A stretch of 64,000 bases of DNA from a virus. The notes below the pieces were generated by a model that searched no databases, had not been told where the DNA came from, and was given only the letters and a program-made list of their open reading frames with translations. The stretch is from positions 32,001 to 96,000 of IMG/VR virus record IMGVR_UViG_3300045120_000498, one strand, 5' to 3'. The translations under genes and the position numbers were made by a program. This document shows positions 54,678 through 63,540 of the stretch, one piece after another. Position 1 is the stretch's first letter. Each line of letters begins with the position of its first letter.

Positions 54678-55930
54678 GACTCGTCGTCTCCGTTCCCGAA
54701 GTTCAACTCGTCCATGTCGGCCTGCTCGCGCTGCTCGAACGCCTCCGCCTCGCGGTTCGCGTCCTCGACCGCCTCGTGCTCGGCCGCCAGCTTGTCGTCC
54801 TCGGTCGGAAGATTGACCCCGGCCGCGCGCATCGCGCGCTCCGCGGCCTTACGCACCTCGTCATCCGGTGCATCCTCTACCTGGGCGGCCGCGTCAACCT
54901 CACCCTTCGGTTCGGGCGCGGCCGCCTCTGGCTCCAACGGCGAGCCGTCGTCGTCCACGCCCTCCGGCTGCGGCTCCGACGGCTCGTGCACGTAGCCGTC
55001 CTCGTCCAACGATTCGGCCGGTTCCGTTGCAGCGTCGGCCGACTCGCCAACGTCCGTTGCATCGTCCGGTTCCTCCACCACGTCCGTCACCGTCTCCGCC
55101 ACCACGCCGCCGTGCGCCACGATGAACTCGCGAAGCTGCCCCTCTAGCTCCACCAGCCGATCCTCCGACGCGCCCGCCAGTTGCAGCCGTTCCTTCGCAG
55201 GCGTCCACGACGACGCATCGAACAGCCGCGCCTGGTCATACAGCGACCGCACCCGCTCGACCAACTCCGGCGGCCCCTGCGGCTCCGGCGCGGCGAGCGC
55301 CGCCTGCGCCTCCATCGACTTCGCCATCTCCTCCTCGGCCACGATCCCGGTGATCGAGAACGCCCGCCGCAGCGCACCCGCCTCCGCGCACTTCAGGATC
55401 ATCGTGCTCGGCCCCTTCGACCACTGCGAATGCACCGACGGGCTGTTCGGCTTGAAGTCGCTCATGGCCGCGTAGAAGTACGTCGGCAGCCGACCCGTCC
55501 GGTGCACGACGCAGTACGCCGCCACCGGCGCCCCGCGATCCTGCGTGTAGCTGTGGCTGATCAGCCGCTTGCCTTCCACGCTCTCGACCTGGAACTTGTC
55601 GTTCGCGTACACCACGTCGGCGTCCATGCCCAGGAAGTCCGGATGCCGCTGCGCGATCTTCAGGAAGCCGTCGCGGCCGACCATGATCATCACCTTGTCG
55701 GTACGCGACGAGCCGTCCTGATTCTTCGGGACGGCGCACCATATCTCCCGCGCGAACGGGTCCAGGTTGTACGTCGCCGCCAATTCCAGGAACATCATCA
55801 GTTGCGCCCGCGTCGCACCCTCCGCGACGGTCGAAGCGATCAGGTTGATCTGCTCCTCCGACCAGTCGCCGCGGCGACGCTCGGTCACCGCGCCGCGCTC
55901 GACGCGGGCTAGCGCCTGCTCACTACTCAT
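54674..55930 (-). CDS. bet: Single-strand annealing protein, Red-beta/RecT family, long acidic tail
   Basis: FLELAATYNLDPFAREIW, MVGRDGFLKIA, W..GPSTMILKCAEAGALRRAF. Confidence 0.92.
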   Translation of the reverse strand: MSSEQALARVERGAVTERRRGDWSEEQINLIASTVAEGATRAQLMMFLELAATYNLDPFAREIWCAVPKNQDGSSRTDKVMIMVGRDGFLKIAQRHPDFLGMDADVVYANDKFQVESVEGKRLISHSYTQDRGAPVAAYCVVHRTGRLPTYFYAAMSDFKPNSPSVHSQWSKGPSTMILKCAEAGALRRAFSITGIVAEEEMAKSMEAQAALAAPEPQGPPELVERVRSLYDQARLFDASSWTPAKERLQLAGASEDRLVELEGQLREFIVAHGGVVAETVTDVVEEPDDATDVGESADAATEPAESLDEDGYVHEPSEPQPEGVDDDGSPLEPEAAAPEPKGEVDAAAQVEDAPDDEVRKAAERAMRAAGVNLPTEDDKLAAEHEAVEDANREAEAFEQREQADMDELNFGNGDDES

Positions 55931-56122
55931 ATCGTGCTCCCTCGGTCAAAGAGAACCGTGCACCTCCGATGGTAACGACCCCATCGGACAGACAGGGGAC
56001 GACTCAGCCGTGTGCCGTTCCGAGCCGTCCCCCGTCACCGCCGGGCGGGTGCGGACGAAGCCCAGGGAGTCGAGCCAAAACCCGCCTCCCGACCGAGTGG
56101 GATTCGCCCGGCCGCCATGCTA
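55931..56122 (-). promoter_or_regulatory. Promoter and ~185-nt multi-hairpin leader of the recombination operon
   Basis: TGATAGCAT -10; stems GGGGACGGCTC/GAGTCGTCCCC, TCCGATGG/CCATCGGA, GCCGGGCG/CGCCCGGC. Confidence 0.5.
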
Positions 56123-56305
56123 TCAGCCGTCAGCTTCAGCGTCCCGAGCGGGCCTCGTCGGATCGTGCTCGGCGGCGCGCTGCTCGGCGCGCTGCTCCAG
56201 GCCCACCGCCACGATCCGCTCCAACTCCGCGATCCGCGCCCGCGCCTCCGCCAGCGCGACCGTCTGCCGCCCGATCATCTCGTAGAGCATCGCTTCGTCA
56301 GCCAT
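56123..56305 (-). CDS. Small coiled-coil protein after the tail fibre
   Basis: MADEAMLYEMIG... Confidence 0.65.
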   Translation of the reverse strand: MADEAMLYEMIGRQTVALAEARARIAELERIVAVGLEQRAEQRAAEHDPTRPARDAEADG

Positions 56306-58093
56306 CTACACGTTCCTCACGTCTATCGTCACGGACGACCTCGACCACGCCGCCACCGCACTGCCGGACCGGTCAGTCCGCATACAGACCAGCAGCATCC
56401 CGTCCGTCAGCGCGGGCATCGCCTGCCAACCGCTGTCGATGACCTGGACTCCGGTGCCCGCCAGCGAGCCAGACGCCCCAACCACGGCAGTCAACGTACC
56501 CGCGCCGCCCGTGTCGGTGATGTTCACGTACCGCAACAAAACCGTCCACGTGCCGTTCGTCGCCACGCTGATCGCCGCCGCAAACTGCCAGCGCCACTGG
56601 ATCGAGCCACCCATCGCATTGATCCCCGACTTCAGCAGCGGAATGCCCATCTGCACGTAGCCGAGGTTCGATTGCGTCCACCCGAAAGACGCATCGGCGC
56701 GCATGTCCAGCCCGTTCGACGTGCTGTCCGTGACAACGCCGCACGACTCGAAGAACGCGAAAATCCGCATCGGGTTCAGCCGCGACGCGCCGCCCGCCGT
56801 GTCGTAGATGCCTTGCGTAAGCTGGTGCCGGTGGTCCGCTCGCGCATACCGCTTCGAGACGCCGACCGCTGCCGCCGAGTCGTCCACCACCACCGGCGCC
56901 ACCGCCGACGCCTGATTGATCACGAACGCCGTCGTCGCCACGTCCACGCTCACCGAGTCCACGGCCATCGTCGGCGCGGTCATCATCCCGGTCGCCGACA
57001 GCGTGGCGGCCTGGAACGACCCGTTCATCACCAGCCCGCCAGGGGCCGACCGCTTGATCGTCGTGTCAGGCAGCGTCGCGCCGCCCGGCCCGAACGCGAC
57101 CCGCCCGACGCCAGCCGTATCGACGCCCACCTCTGCCCGCGCCTCGGTGTCGCCCAGCGTGTACGCCCGCATCGCCATCCGCGTCGTCGCGTTCGGCGCG
57201 ATCACGTCCAGCATCCGCGCCGTCCCGGCCACGTCGCCGCGCACCTGGAGGTTGTCGTCCGTGCTCCACGTGTCGGCCGCAGACCGGTACAGGTTCGTGT
57301 CCGGCGGCGACGTGCCGAAGCCCGCCTCGATCATCGGGAAGCCGGTGGCCGTCAGGCCCAGCCGCATCCGTGGCTGCGCGTCGCCCGCCACGAACGCCCG
57401 CACCGACCCCGCCGCGCCCGCCGGTTCGTACAGGTCGATGAACCGCGCCGCGCCCGCCGTATCGCCGCGCACGCCGAGCGAGTCGTCCGTCCGCAGGTCA
57501 TTCGCCCCGGCCCGGTACAGGTTCACGTCCTGCGCCGCCGCGCCAGTGCCCATCAGCAGCGTGCCGTCCGCTCGCAACACGACCCGCGGCAGCGCGTCGC
57601 CGCGCACCCGGGCCTGAAGGAACGTCGCCGCCGCCGTGCCGCCGATGAAGTCCTGCCAGTCCGCCGTCCGGATGTCGAGGATCACCCGCGTGATCGACGT
57701 GCCGTCCCACTCGACCGACCCGATCTGCCTCGACAGCGGCGCCGCAGGCGTGCCGGACGAGCGAATCTCCATCCCGAAGGCGTACACCGTCGAGTCCGAC
57801 TCCGGCGGCCCCGGCGCGAAGCTGTTGTCCGTCGCCGTCAGCCACAGCGTGTGCGTCGCCGCGGCGCCGCCCGGGTCGGCCGCCGTGATGTTCCCGACGA
57901 TGTACCGCCACTTCGCGCCGACGGCTGCGCACACCTGGCCGTTCCCCGCCGACGCAGCCACCTGCACCGTCGTCGCGTTCACCAGCGACACCCGGAAGTT
58001 GGGCGACACGTACGTGCCGATGAACTCCTGAATCTGATCGACCCACTGCTCCGGGAGCGCGTCCCCGTAGTTCAGGATACGATTTTGCGTCAA
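56306..58093 (-). CDS. Tail fibre / receptor-binding protein
   Basis: Three GD..PR...D.NLYR..A....TDD repeats; AVGVSKRYARADHRH motif; baseplate operon position; TTG start inferred. Confidence 0.75.
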   Translation of the reverse strand: MTQNRILNYGDALPEQWVDQIQEFIGTYVSPNFRVSLVNATTVQVAASAGNGQVCAAVGAKWRYIVGNITAADPGGAAATHTLWLTATDNSFAPGPPESDSTVYAFGMEIRSSGTPAAPLSRQIGSVEWDGTSITRVILDIRTADWQDFIGGTAAATFLQARVRGDALPRVVLRADGTLLMGTGAAAQDVNLYRAGANDLRTDDSLGVRGDTAGAARFIDLYEPAGAAGSVRAFVAGDAQPRMRLGLTATGFPMIEAGFGTSPPDTNLYRSAADTWSTDDNLQVRGDVAGTARMLDVIAPNATTRMAMRAYTLGDTEARAEVGVDTAGVGRVAFGPGGATLPDTTIKRSAPGGLVMNGSFQAATLSATGMMTAPTMAVDSVSVDVATTAFVINQASAVAPVVVDDSAAAVGVSKRYARADHRHQLTQGIYDTAGGASRLNPMRIFAFFESCGVVTDSTSNGLDMRADASFGWTQSNLGYVQMGIPLLKSGINAMGGSIQWRWQFAAAISVATNGTWTVLLRYVNITDTGGAGTLTAVVGASGSLAGTGVQVIDSGWQAMPALTDGMLLVCMRTDRSGSAVAAWSRSSVTIDVRNV

Positions 58094-58095
58094 GG

Positions 58096-58677
58096 TTACC
58101 GCCCGCCCTTTCGGAGGTTGCAGGCTGGATGAGTGACCTGCACGTTGTCGTAGGCGTGAGCACCGCCGAGCGCGAGTGGCACTACGTGATCGAGGTGCCA
58201 GCGTGCCGGGTCTGCGGCCTCGTGGCAGATTCCGCACACACCTCCGTCCCGCTCGAACACGACCGCACGATCCACTCTCTCGACTAGGACCTCCAGCTTC
58301 CGCGCTCGCCGCGTTCCCTGGACGCTGGTATGGAGCGACCGGCGTGCCGCGGCGAACTCGGGGTCGGCATCCATGCGCTCCGCGATGTACCGGCGGCTCG
58401 CGTCCGGATGAGCTTCGCGCCACGCCCGCGAGCGGAGCCGCCGCCGCTCTCGCTGCTCCGGCGTCAGGTTCGCGTTCGCCCGCCGGTGCTGCTCCTTGAC
58501 GGCCTCCGGATTCGCCTCTCGCCACGCCTTCGCGGCAGCCTTGACCTGCTCGCGGAACACCGGATCGTTGGCGTACCGTCTCTGCATACTGGCGGCCGAC
58601 CGCTGGCGGGCCAACTCGGGGTGCGCTCGATTCCACGCCACAGCGCGGTCAATATCGCTTTGGCTGCTGGCCGCCAT
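58096..58677 (-). CDS. Free-standing HNH endonuclease
   Basis: RDGGVCGIC...HLDHVVPL..GGAH..DN....H..CN..K. Confidence 0.9.
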   Translation of the reverse strand: MAASSQSDIDRAVAWNRAHPELARQRSAASMQRRYANDPVFREQVKAAAKAWREANPEAVKEQHRRANANLTPEQRERRRLRSRAWREAHPDASRRYIAERMDADPEFAAARRSLHTSVQGTRRARKLEVLVERVDRAVVFERDGGVCGICHEAADPARWHLDHVVPLALGGAHAYDNVQVTHPACNLRKGGR

Positions 58678-59222
58678 CAGATTCGCCCGACCCCAATCGG
58701 GCTGACGCCGATGATGAAGCCGCCCGCGCCACCGGCGCTGTAGGTGACCACCAGGTCGAGATGCGCCGGGGTGATCTGCCGCGCGAGCGCCAGAATCCCG
58801 AGCGCCGTGATGTCCGTCGAGCCGTACGGGATGATCAGCCGCACCGTGTACGGAGCGTAGTCCTCGGTGTAGTCCCACACGCCCGCGCCGAACGCCTCGT
58901 TCAGCGTCGCCACCCAGTCCGAGCCGGTCGCCGTCGTCCGCTTTCGCCGGTGCGTCGTGATCAGCAACGCCCGCTGATCATCCGTCAGGCCCGGCGGCGC
59001 GACCGGCATCCCCAGGTTGAACTCCCACATCCGCAGGAACGGGTCGGTGACCGTGAACTGCGGGAACCACTGGAGCCGGATGTTCTCGATCAGCGTCTCG
59101 ACCCGATCAAGCTCGCGCTGCATCACGTCCAGCAGGCCGCGCACCTGCGGGTCGTCCCGCAGGAAGTGAGGCACGTCATCGACGCGCTCCAGGCCCGTGT
59201 CCGTCATCACGCGATTCGCCAT
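58677..59222 (-). CDS. Baseplate wedge protein (DUF2313/Mu gp48-like)
   Basis: QWFPQ...L..WE..LG; TPAHL; follows baseplate J. Confidence 0.8.
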   Translation of the reverse strand: MANRVMTDTGLERVDDVPHFLRDDPQVRGLLDVMQRELDRVETLIENIRLQWFPQFTVTDPFLRMWEFNLGMPVAPPGLTDDQRALLITTHRRKRTTATGSDWVATLNEAFGAGVWDYTEDYAPYTVRLIIPYGSTDITALGILALARQITPAHLDLVVTYSAGGAGGFIIGVSPIGVGRI

Positions 59223-60607
59223 CAGGCGATCCCCGCCAGGCTCGAAATGAACGCCACCTCGCCGGTCGCGACGACCACGTTCGCGGCCGTCGCGTTCAGC
59301 GTCAGACCGGTCACGTCCGCGATCCCGGTGACGTTGAAGAACCGCGCCATCACGTGGTTGAAGATCACGTCACCGCCCGGCGGCAGCCGGTTCACGTACT
59401 CCTCCAGCGCCGACTCCACGTCATCGCGGATCGCGATGGTGCCGCCCGTGCCGTCCAGCGAATAGCCCATGTCGCACGTGACCGACGCGGCGATCACGAC
59501 CCCCTTCAGCACCGGCGTCGAGACGGCCACGATGGCGCCGATGGGAGCCAGCCCGTTCCCCTGACCGCCTTGGTACACGGTCGTGCCCGCAGGCACCGTC
59601 CCCGTGCCGCCCGTGCAGCCGGTCAGCGTCGTGCCCGTCTTGCCCGTGTAGCTCACCACCTGCGGCCCCGACGCGAGCCGCACGACCACCTTCCCGGCGT
59701 TGTCCATCCCGCTCGTGGACGCCACGTTCAGCGTCGCCACCGGCAACGTCTGCGAGCCGGTCGAGAGCGTCGAGAACTGGGGCGGGTCGATCTGCCCCTG
59801 CACCGCATCGACCTCCGCCGACGACGAGAACGGTCGGTTGTTCAGGTCGGTCACCACCAGCGACACCGTGCCCGGCCCGAACGCCAGCGGCGTCACGGCC
59901 GCGTACCCGATCCCCGGGTACGCCAGCGCCCACCGCCGGTAGTCCGTCTGCGTGCCCGCGCCCGCGGCGCCCTGCCACGCCAGCAGCACCCGGTCGCGAT
60001 ACACCTCGTCCGACTCCACGTCCGACCCGCCGCTCGTCGGCAGCGCGTTGTAGACGCTCGCGATCCCCGACACCGGCGACTGCAAGTCGTCGATCTGCCC
60101 GGCCGTCACGTTCCCGAACATCGACGCTTCCTCGGCCACGATGTCCAGCGTCACGACCTGCTGGCCGATGCCGATACTACCGCCCGACACCACGTGGAAC
60201 ACGACAGGCTCCTCGTCGGCCGACTGCGGCGTCGTCGCCACCAGCGTGCCGGTGCCGATCAGGATGGCCGCGGACACGGCCACGCCCGCGTCGAACGTCA
60301 CCTGCCCCGTCGCGGCCACCGAGTCCTTCCGAGGCACGCCCACCGACTCCCCCAGGTAGTCCAGGTAGTCGCCCCACGAGAACGCCGGGAACGTCGCCGC
60401 GATGGCCTCCGTCGCCACCACGTCGTACAGCCGCCCAATCTCCAGGATGAGCGGCTGCGTCAGCGTGTGATACATGCCGCCCTCGACCGTATCCACGTAG
60501 TCCGCGTCGGTCACCGACAGGCCCGCGTTGATATCGGCGTCCACCCGATTCCGGATCGACGCCACCGTCTCCGTCACGAGCGGGAGAAAATCGACCAAAT
60601 CTGGCAT
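59222..60607 (-). CDS. Baseplate J-like protein with internal beta-domain insert
   Basis: YLDYLGE..G..RK...ATG.V.F; G..GNV..G.I; GG.D.ESDE.YR.R; GT..DY..WAL; GPGTV. Confidence 0.9.
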   Translation of the reverse strand: MPDLVDFLPLVTETVASIRNRVDADINAGLSVTDADYVDTVEGGMYHTLTQPLILEIGRLYDVVATEAIAATFPAFSWGDYLDYLGESVGVPRKDSVAATGQVTFDAGVAVSAAILIGTGTLVATTPQSADEEPVVFHVVSGGSIGIGQQVVTLDIVAEEASMFGNVTAGQIDDLQSPVSGIASVYNALPTSGGSDVESDEVYRDRVLLAWQGAAGAGTQTDYRRWALAYPGIGYAAVTPLAFGPGTVSLVVTDLNNRPFSSSAEVDAVQGQIDPPQFSTLSTGSQTLPVATLNVASTSGMDNAGKVVVRLASGPQVVSYTGKTGTTLTGCTGGTGTVPAGTTVYQGGQGNGLAPIGAIVAVSTPVLKGVVIAASVTCDMGYSLDGTGGTIAIRDDVESALEEYVNRLPPGGDVIFNHVMARFFNVTGIADVTGLTLNATAANVVVATGEVAFISSLAGIA

Positions 60608-61180
60608 TTACATCAGCCTCGTGGAGAAGGGCACCACGTCGTTGTTGTCGAGCCGCAACCGGAAAGTCACGTCCACGCCTTCCTCGTCGTCGGTGATGCT
60701 CGTCGCGAAGTCGTCGATGCCGGTGATCTTCGGGTGGAACATCAGCGCCTCCTCGACCCGCTGGCGCAGGCTCGCGACGGCGGAGCCGGTGAACTGGCCG
60801 CCGATCAGCCCGTCGGCGTCCTCCAGCCCGTAGTCCTCCGAGTGGATCGCGAGCGCACCACGCGGCGTGTAAAGCGCCATCTCCACCCACTGGAACAACT
60901 GCGTCATGCCCGTGATCGCCAGCGGCGCTCGCGCCCGCCGCGGCGACGGCACGAACCGGCCCGTGCTGAAGTCGAACGCCCACGAGCGGCCCAGCGTGTA
61001 AAGCTCGGGCGCCGTATCGACCACCACGTCGTCCTGCTGGATGTCGTCGCCGAACAGCGTCGGATCGAGCAGGCCCGTCTCGATGGCGTCCAGTTCGACG
61101 GACGGCGAGAAGTCGTCGTCGTCACTGGCGACGAGCGATCCAAGTTCCTCATCAGGGTCAACGAAGCTCACTGCCACCAT
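60608..61180 (-). CDS. Baseplate wedge/sheath initiator (DUF2634/gp25-like)
   Basis: WAFDF..G.F...QWVEMAL.T.R.....S.DYG; R.VEEAL.FHP.I. Confidence 0.85.
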   Translation of the reverse strand: MVAVSFVDPDEELGSLVASDDDDFSPSVELDAIETGLLDPTLFGDDIQQDDVVVDTAPELYTLGRSWAFDFSTGRFVPSPRRARAPLAITGMTQLFQWVEMALYTPRGALAIHSEDYGLEDADGLIGGQFTGSAVASLRQRVEEALMFHPKITGIDDFATSITDDEEGVDVTFRLRLDNNDVVPFSTRLM

Positions 61181-61201
61181 CCATCTTAGGGATCGAAGCT
61201 G

Positions 61202-62299
61202 TCACGTCTTCACCAGCCAGTTGCCGGTGAAGAACGGTCCGACGTTCGCGTGCGGGTCGGCCGGGCTATTGCCAGCCTGGCCGATGGAGTGCGAGTGCGC
61301 CGTCTGCGTGATCGTGTGCGCGTGCGGGTCCACCGTGTGATCGTGCGCGGTCGGCGTGAACGTGTGCGAGTGGTCGGTCTGCGTGCCGTTGTAGCCCGTC
61401 GCACCCGTCCCGGCCGTAGTGCCCCACTGGGCATTCATCAGCAGGTCGCCGGGGTTCACCGCCGTGCCGGAGGCGTACCCCACCGGCAGCACGACGTGCG
61501 TCGTGCCGATGGTGCCCGTTGCGCTCGCCGTCTGGATGTTCGCGGTCGTGTTGTTGATCGTGATGGCCGCATTGGCAGTGCCCGTCGAGCCGCCGTGATC
61601 GTGCGCGGGCATCTGCCCAATCGTCAGCCGCACCGTCTCCGTGCCGCCGCGCGTGCCGAGCGCGTGCGTGGTCGCATCCGCCACCGTGTCCAGCCCGTTC
61701 GCGCCGACCGGCCCTGTCGCGCTCAGGGCGCCCATGAAGAACCGCCCGCGGCCGTCCGGCAGGTTGAACGTCGTGGTCGTGTCGCCCGGCCCGTAGCTCG
61801 TGCCGATCACCGCGAACAGCGCCGCGTACGTCACCCGGCTCACCGCCCGCCCGTCGCACAGCAGCCACCCCGCCGGTTCCGTCGAGCGCGCCGTCGGCTT
61901 CAGGTCGCCCGGCGACCACGCGGCCGCGCCCGCCGTCACCAGCGCCGCGCTCACCGCCGCCGTGATCGCGTCCGCCACCCACGACTTCGACGCCTGCTCC
62001 GCATGGGACTTCAGCGGCGTCTCGCTGATCACCGCCACCGCCACCAGTTCCTCGTTCATCGCCGGGACCAGCACAATCGTGTCGCCCACCGCGATCCCCA
62101 CGTCCCGGTCGTACTGGCGCACCTCCTGCGACACGACCAACTCGTCCGAGTCGATCACGATGTCCGCCGTCGTCAACTCGACCTCCAGCGGAACCACCGC
62201 TCGAACGATCCCGTACTCCGCCGCCCGCTTCTCCGTCGCCATCGCTCGCAACACAAGGTTCGCGACGCCCCGCGCGGCCTTGTCCGACTCGCGGCTCAC
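61202..62299 (-). CDS. Baseplate spike-like protein fused to tail-collar domain and HxH needle
   Basis: N-terminal OB-like segment (VGDT.VL); GWLLCDG...Y..LF..IGT.YG.GD..TTFNLPD.RGRF; five HxH motifs. Confidence 0.8.
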   Translation of the reverse strand: MSRESDKAARGVANLVLRAMATEKRAAEYGIVRAVVPLEVELTTADIVIDSDELVVSQEVRQYDRDVGIAVGDTIVLVPAMNEELVAVAVISETPLKSHAEQASKSWVADAITAAVSAALVTAGAAAWSPGDLKPTARSTEPAGWLLCDGRAVSRVTYAALFAVIGTSYGPGDTTTTFNLPDGRGRFFMGALSATGPVGANGLDTVADATTHALGTRGGTETVRLTIGQMPAHDHGGSTGTANAAITINNTTANIQTASATGTIGTTHVVLPVGYASGTAVNPGDLLMNAQWGTTAGTGATGYNGTQTDHSHTFTPTAHDHTVDPHAHTITQTAHSHSIGQAGNSPADPHANVGPFFTGNWLVKT

Positions 62300-63540
62300 A
62301 CCAGCACCGCCGCGCTCACCGTGTCCACCGTCACCTGCACACGATCCAACGCCGGATCGCCCAAGCCCATGAACGCGCGCCGCGACAGCGACAGTTCCTC
62401 CGTCAGCGTCTCCGAGTCGGAGTGCACGTACACGTACACCGTCCGCGCCGGAGACACGTCGCGACGCGTCACCACCAGCCGCTCGCCCACCATGTCAGCC
62501 AGCGGCCCGTCCACCGACACGATCCCGAACGCGCCCCGCTGCGGATCGAACGCCGTCCCGTGCCAGCCACACGTCGCCGGGATCGCCAGCCCGTCCCGGC
62601 CCGGATACTGGAGCATCCGCTGGCCGTCCGGCCACGGCAGCACCGCCACCTGCTCCTCCTCCATCCCCAGCGGGAACGCCGCCTGCGGCGGAACCGCCGG
62701 AGCCACGCCCGTCGAGAGCGCGAGCGTACCCAGCATCGGCACGTTCGCCACCGTCGTCTTCGGCAACGCCCTCGCCACCGAGCCAGCCGGAGAGAGCGTG
62801 CCCTTCGGACTGTTCGCCGGAGCCACCGTGATCGCCCGCCGCAGCGTGCTGCTCGGCGCGATCAGGCCCGAGTGCAGCAACTCCAGCGGGATCGAACCGC
62901 CGCCGAAGTCGTCCAGGTTCCGCGCCGAGTCCAACAGCGACAGGCCGATCAGCCCGCCCGACGGGAGAGCCGTGTCGCCCGCCGACCCCAGCAGCGTCCA
63001 CGCGCCCGCGGCCTTCTTGTACCACGCCTCCTGCGTGCTGCCGTAGACCCGCAGCCCAATCGAGTCGCCCGCCACCAGCGCCACCGGCATCGTCGAGCGG
63101 ATCAGCGTGCCGTTCGTGTTCGTGTTCGACACCTTCCCCAGCGCGAGGTAGCCGAGGTCCGGCCTCCACTCCAGCGTGTAGGCCGTGTAGGTCGTCGTTC
63201 CCCACCCCGTGCCGCGCGCGTACAACTCCGTGTAGCCGGTCCACGTCGGAGGCGCACCGCCCGCGGGCACGTAGGCCGCGCCCAGCGTCACGTACACCTC
63301 GTGGTTCTTGCTGAACGCCGTCTTCCAGTACCCCGAGGACGTCATGTTGCCGCCGAGGCTCACGTCCTTCGCCCCTTGCAGCGCGTTCGACACAACCTTC
63401 AGCCCAGCGTCCGGCCCCGAGAGCGCCGGGGTTCCGCCCGCAGGTCGGATCGAGTCGTTCCAGTTCGCCGACGCGGGCGGCCCGACGTTCGCCCGGTTGA
63501 AGTTGTCGAGCACCGCCGTGAACGGGAACGGAATCGTCAC
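62296..63540 (-). CDS. Virion protein: lectin-like beta-sandwich + C-terminal DPBB-like domain
   Basis: LDNFNRAN...DDFGGGS domain; EELSLSRRAFMGLG...VQV. Confidence 0.7.
   Translation of the reverse strand: MTIPFPFTAVLDNFNRANVGPPASANWNDSIRPAGGTPALSGPDAGLKVVSNALQGAKDVSLGGNMTSSGYWKTAFSKNHEVYVTLGAAYVPAGGAPPTWTGYTELYARGTGWGTTTYTAYTLEWRPDLGYLALGKVSNTNTNGTLIRSTMPVALVAGDSIGLRVYGSTQEAWYKKAAGAWTLLGSAGDTALPSGGLIGLSLLDSARNLDDFGGGSIPLELLHSGLIAPSSTLRRAITVAPANSPKGTLSPAGSVARALPKTTVANVPMLGTLALSTGVAPAVPPQAAFPLGMEEEQVAVLPWPDGQRMLQYPGRDGLAIPATCGWHGTAFDPQRGAFGIVSVDGPLADMVGERLVVTRRDVSPARTVYVYVHSDSETLTEELSLSRRAFMGLGDPALDRVQVTVDTVSAAVLV

Larger units (their letters stand above)
338..62254. repeat. Dispersed decamer CTCGCAACAC/GTGTTGCGAG, at least 26 exact copies
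   Basis: CTCGCAACAC on + starts at 338, 6588, 7509, 10931, 11090, 14902, 20801, 22581, 24386, 26895, 28126, 35962, 46237, 48284, 51926, 54460, 57571, 62245; GTGTTGCGAG on + starts at 5921, 18997, 21633, 27348, 31318, 38278, 38548, 39223. Confidence 0.95.

Noticed and set aside
23480-55951. CTCGGTCAAAG just upstream of two RBSs (23480, 55941)
   Set aside because: Only two copies; too few to call a start-associated motif.
37404-58093. Diversity-generating retroelement or invertible cassette acting on the fibres
   Set aside because: No reverse transcriptase, no template/variable repeat pair and no invertase recognised in the window.
338-62254. Decamer as a by-product of Val-Leu-Arg coding or site avoidance
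   Set aside because: It occurs in three frames, on both strands and once outside a CDS; VLR is also coded GTG CTG CGG here (near 795).
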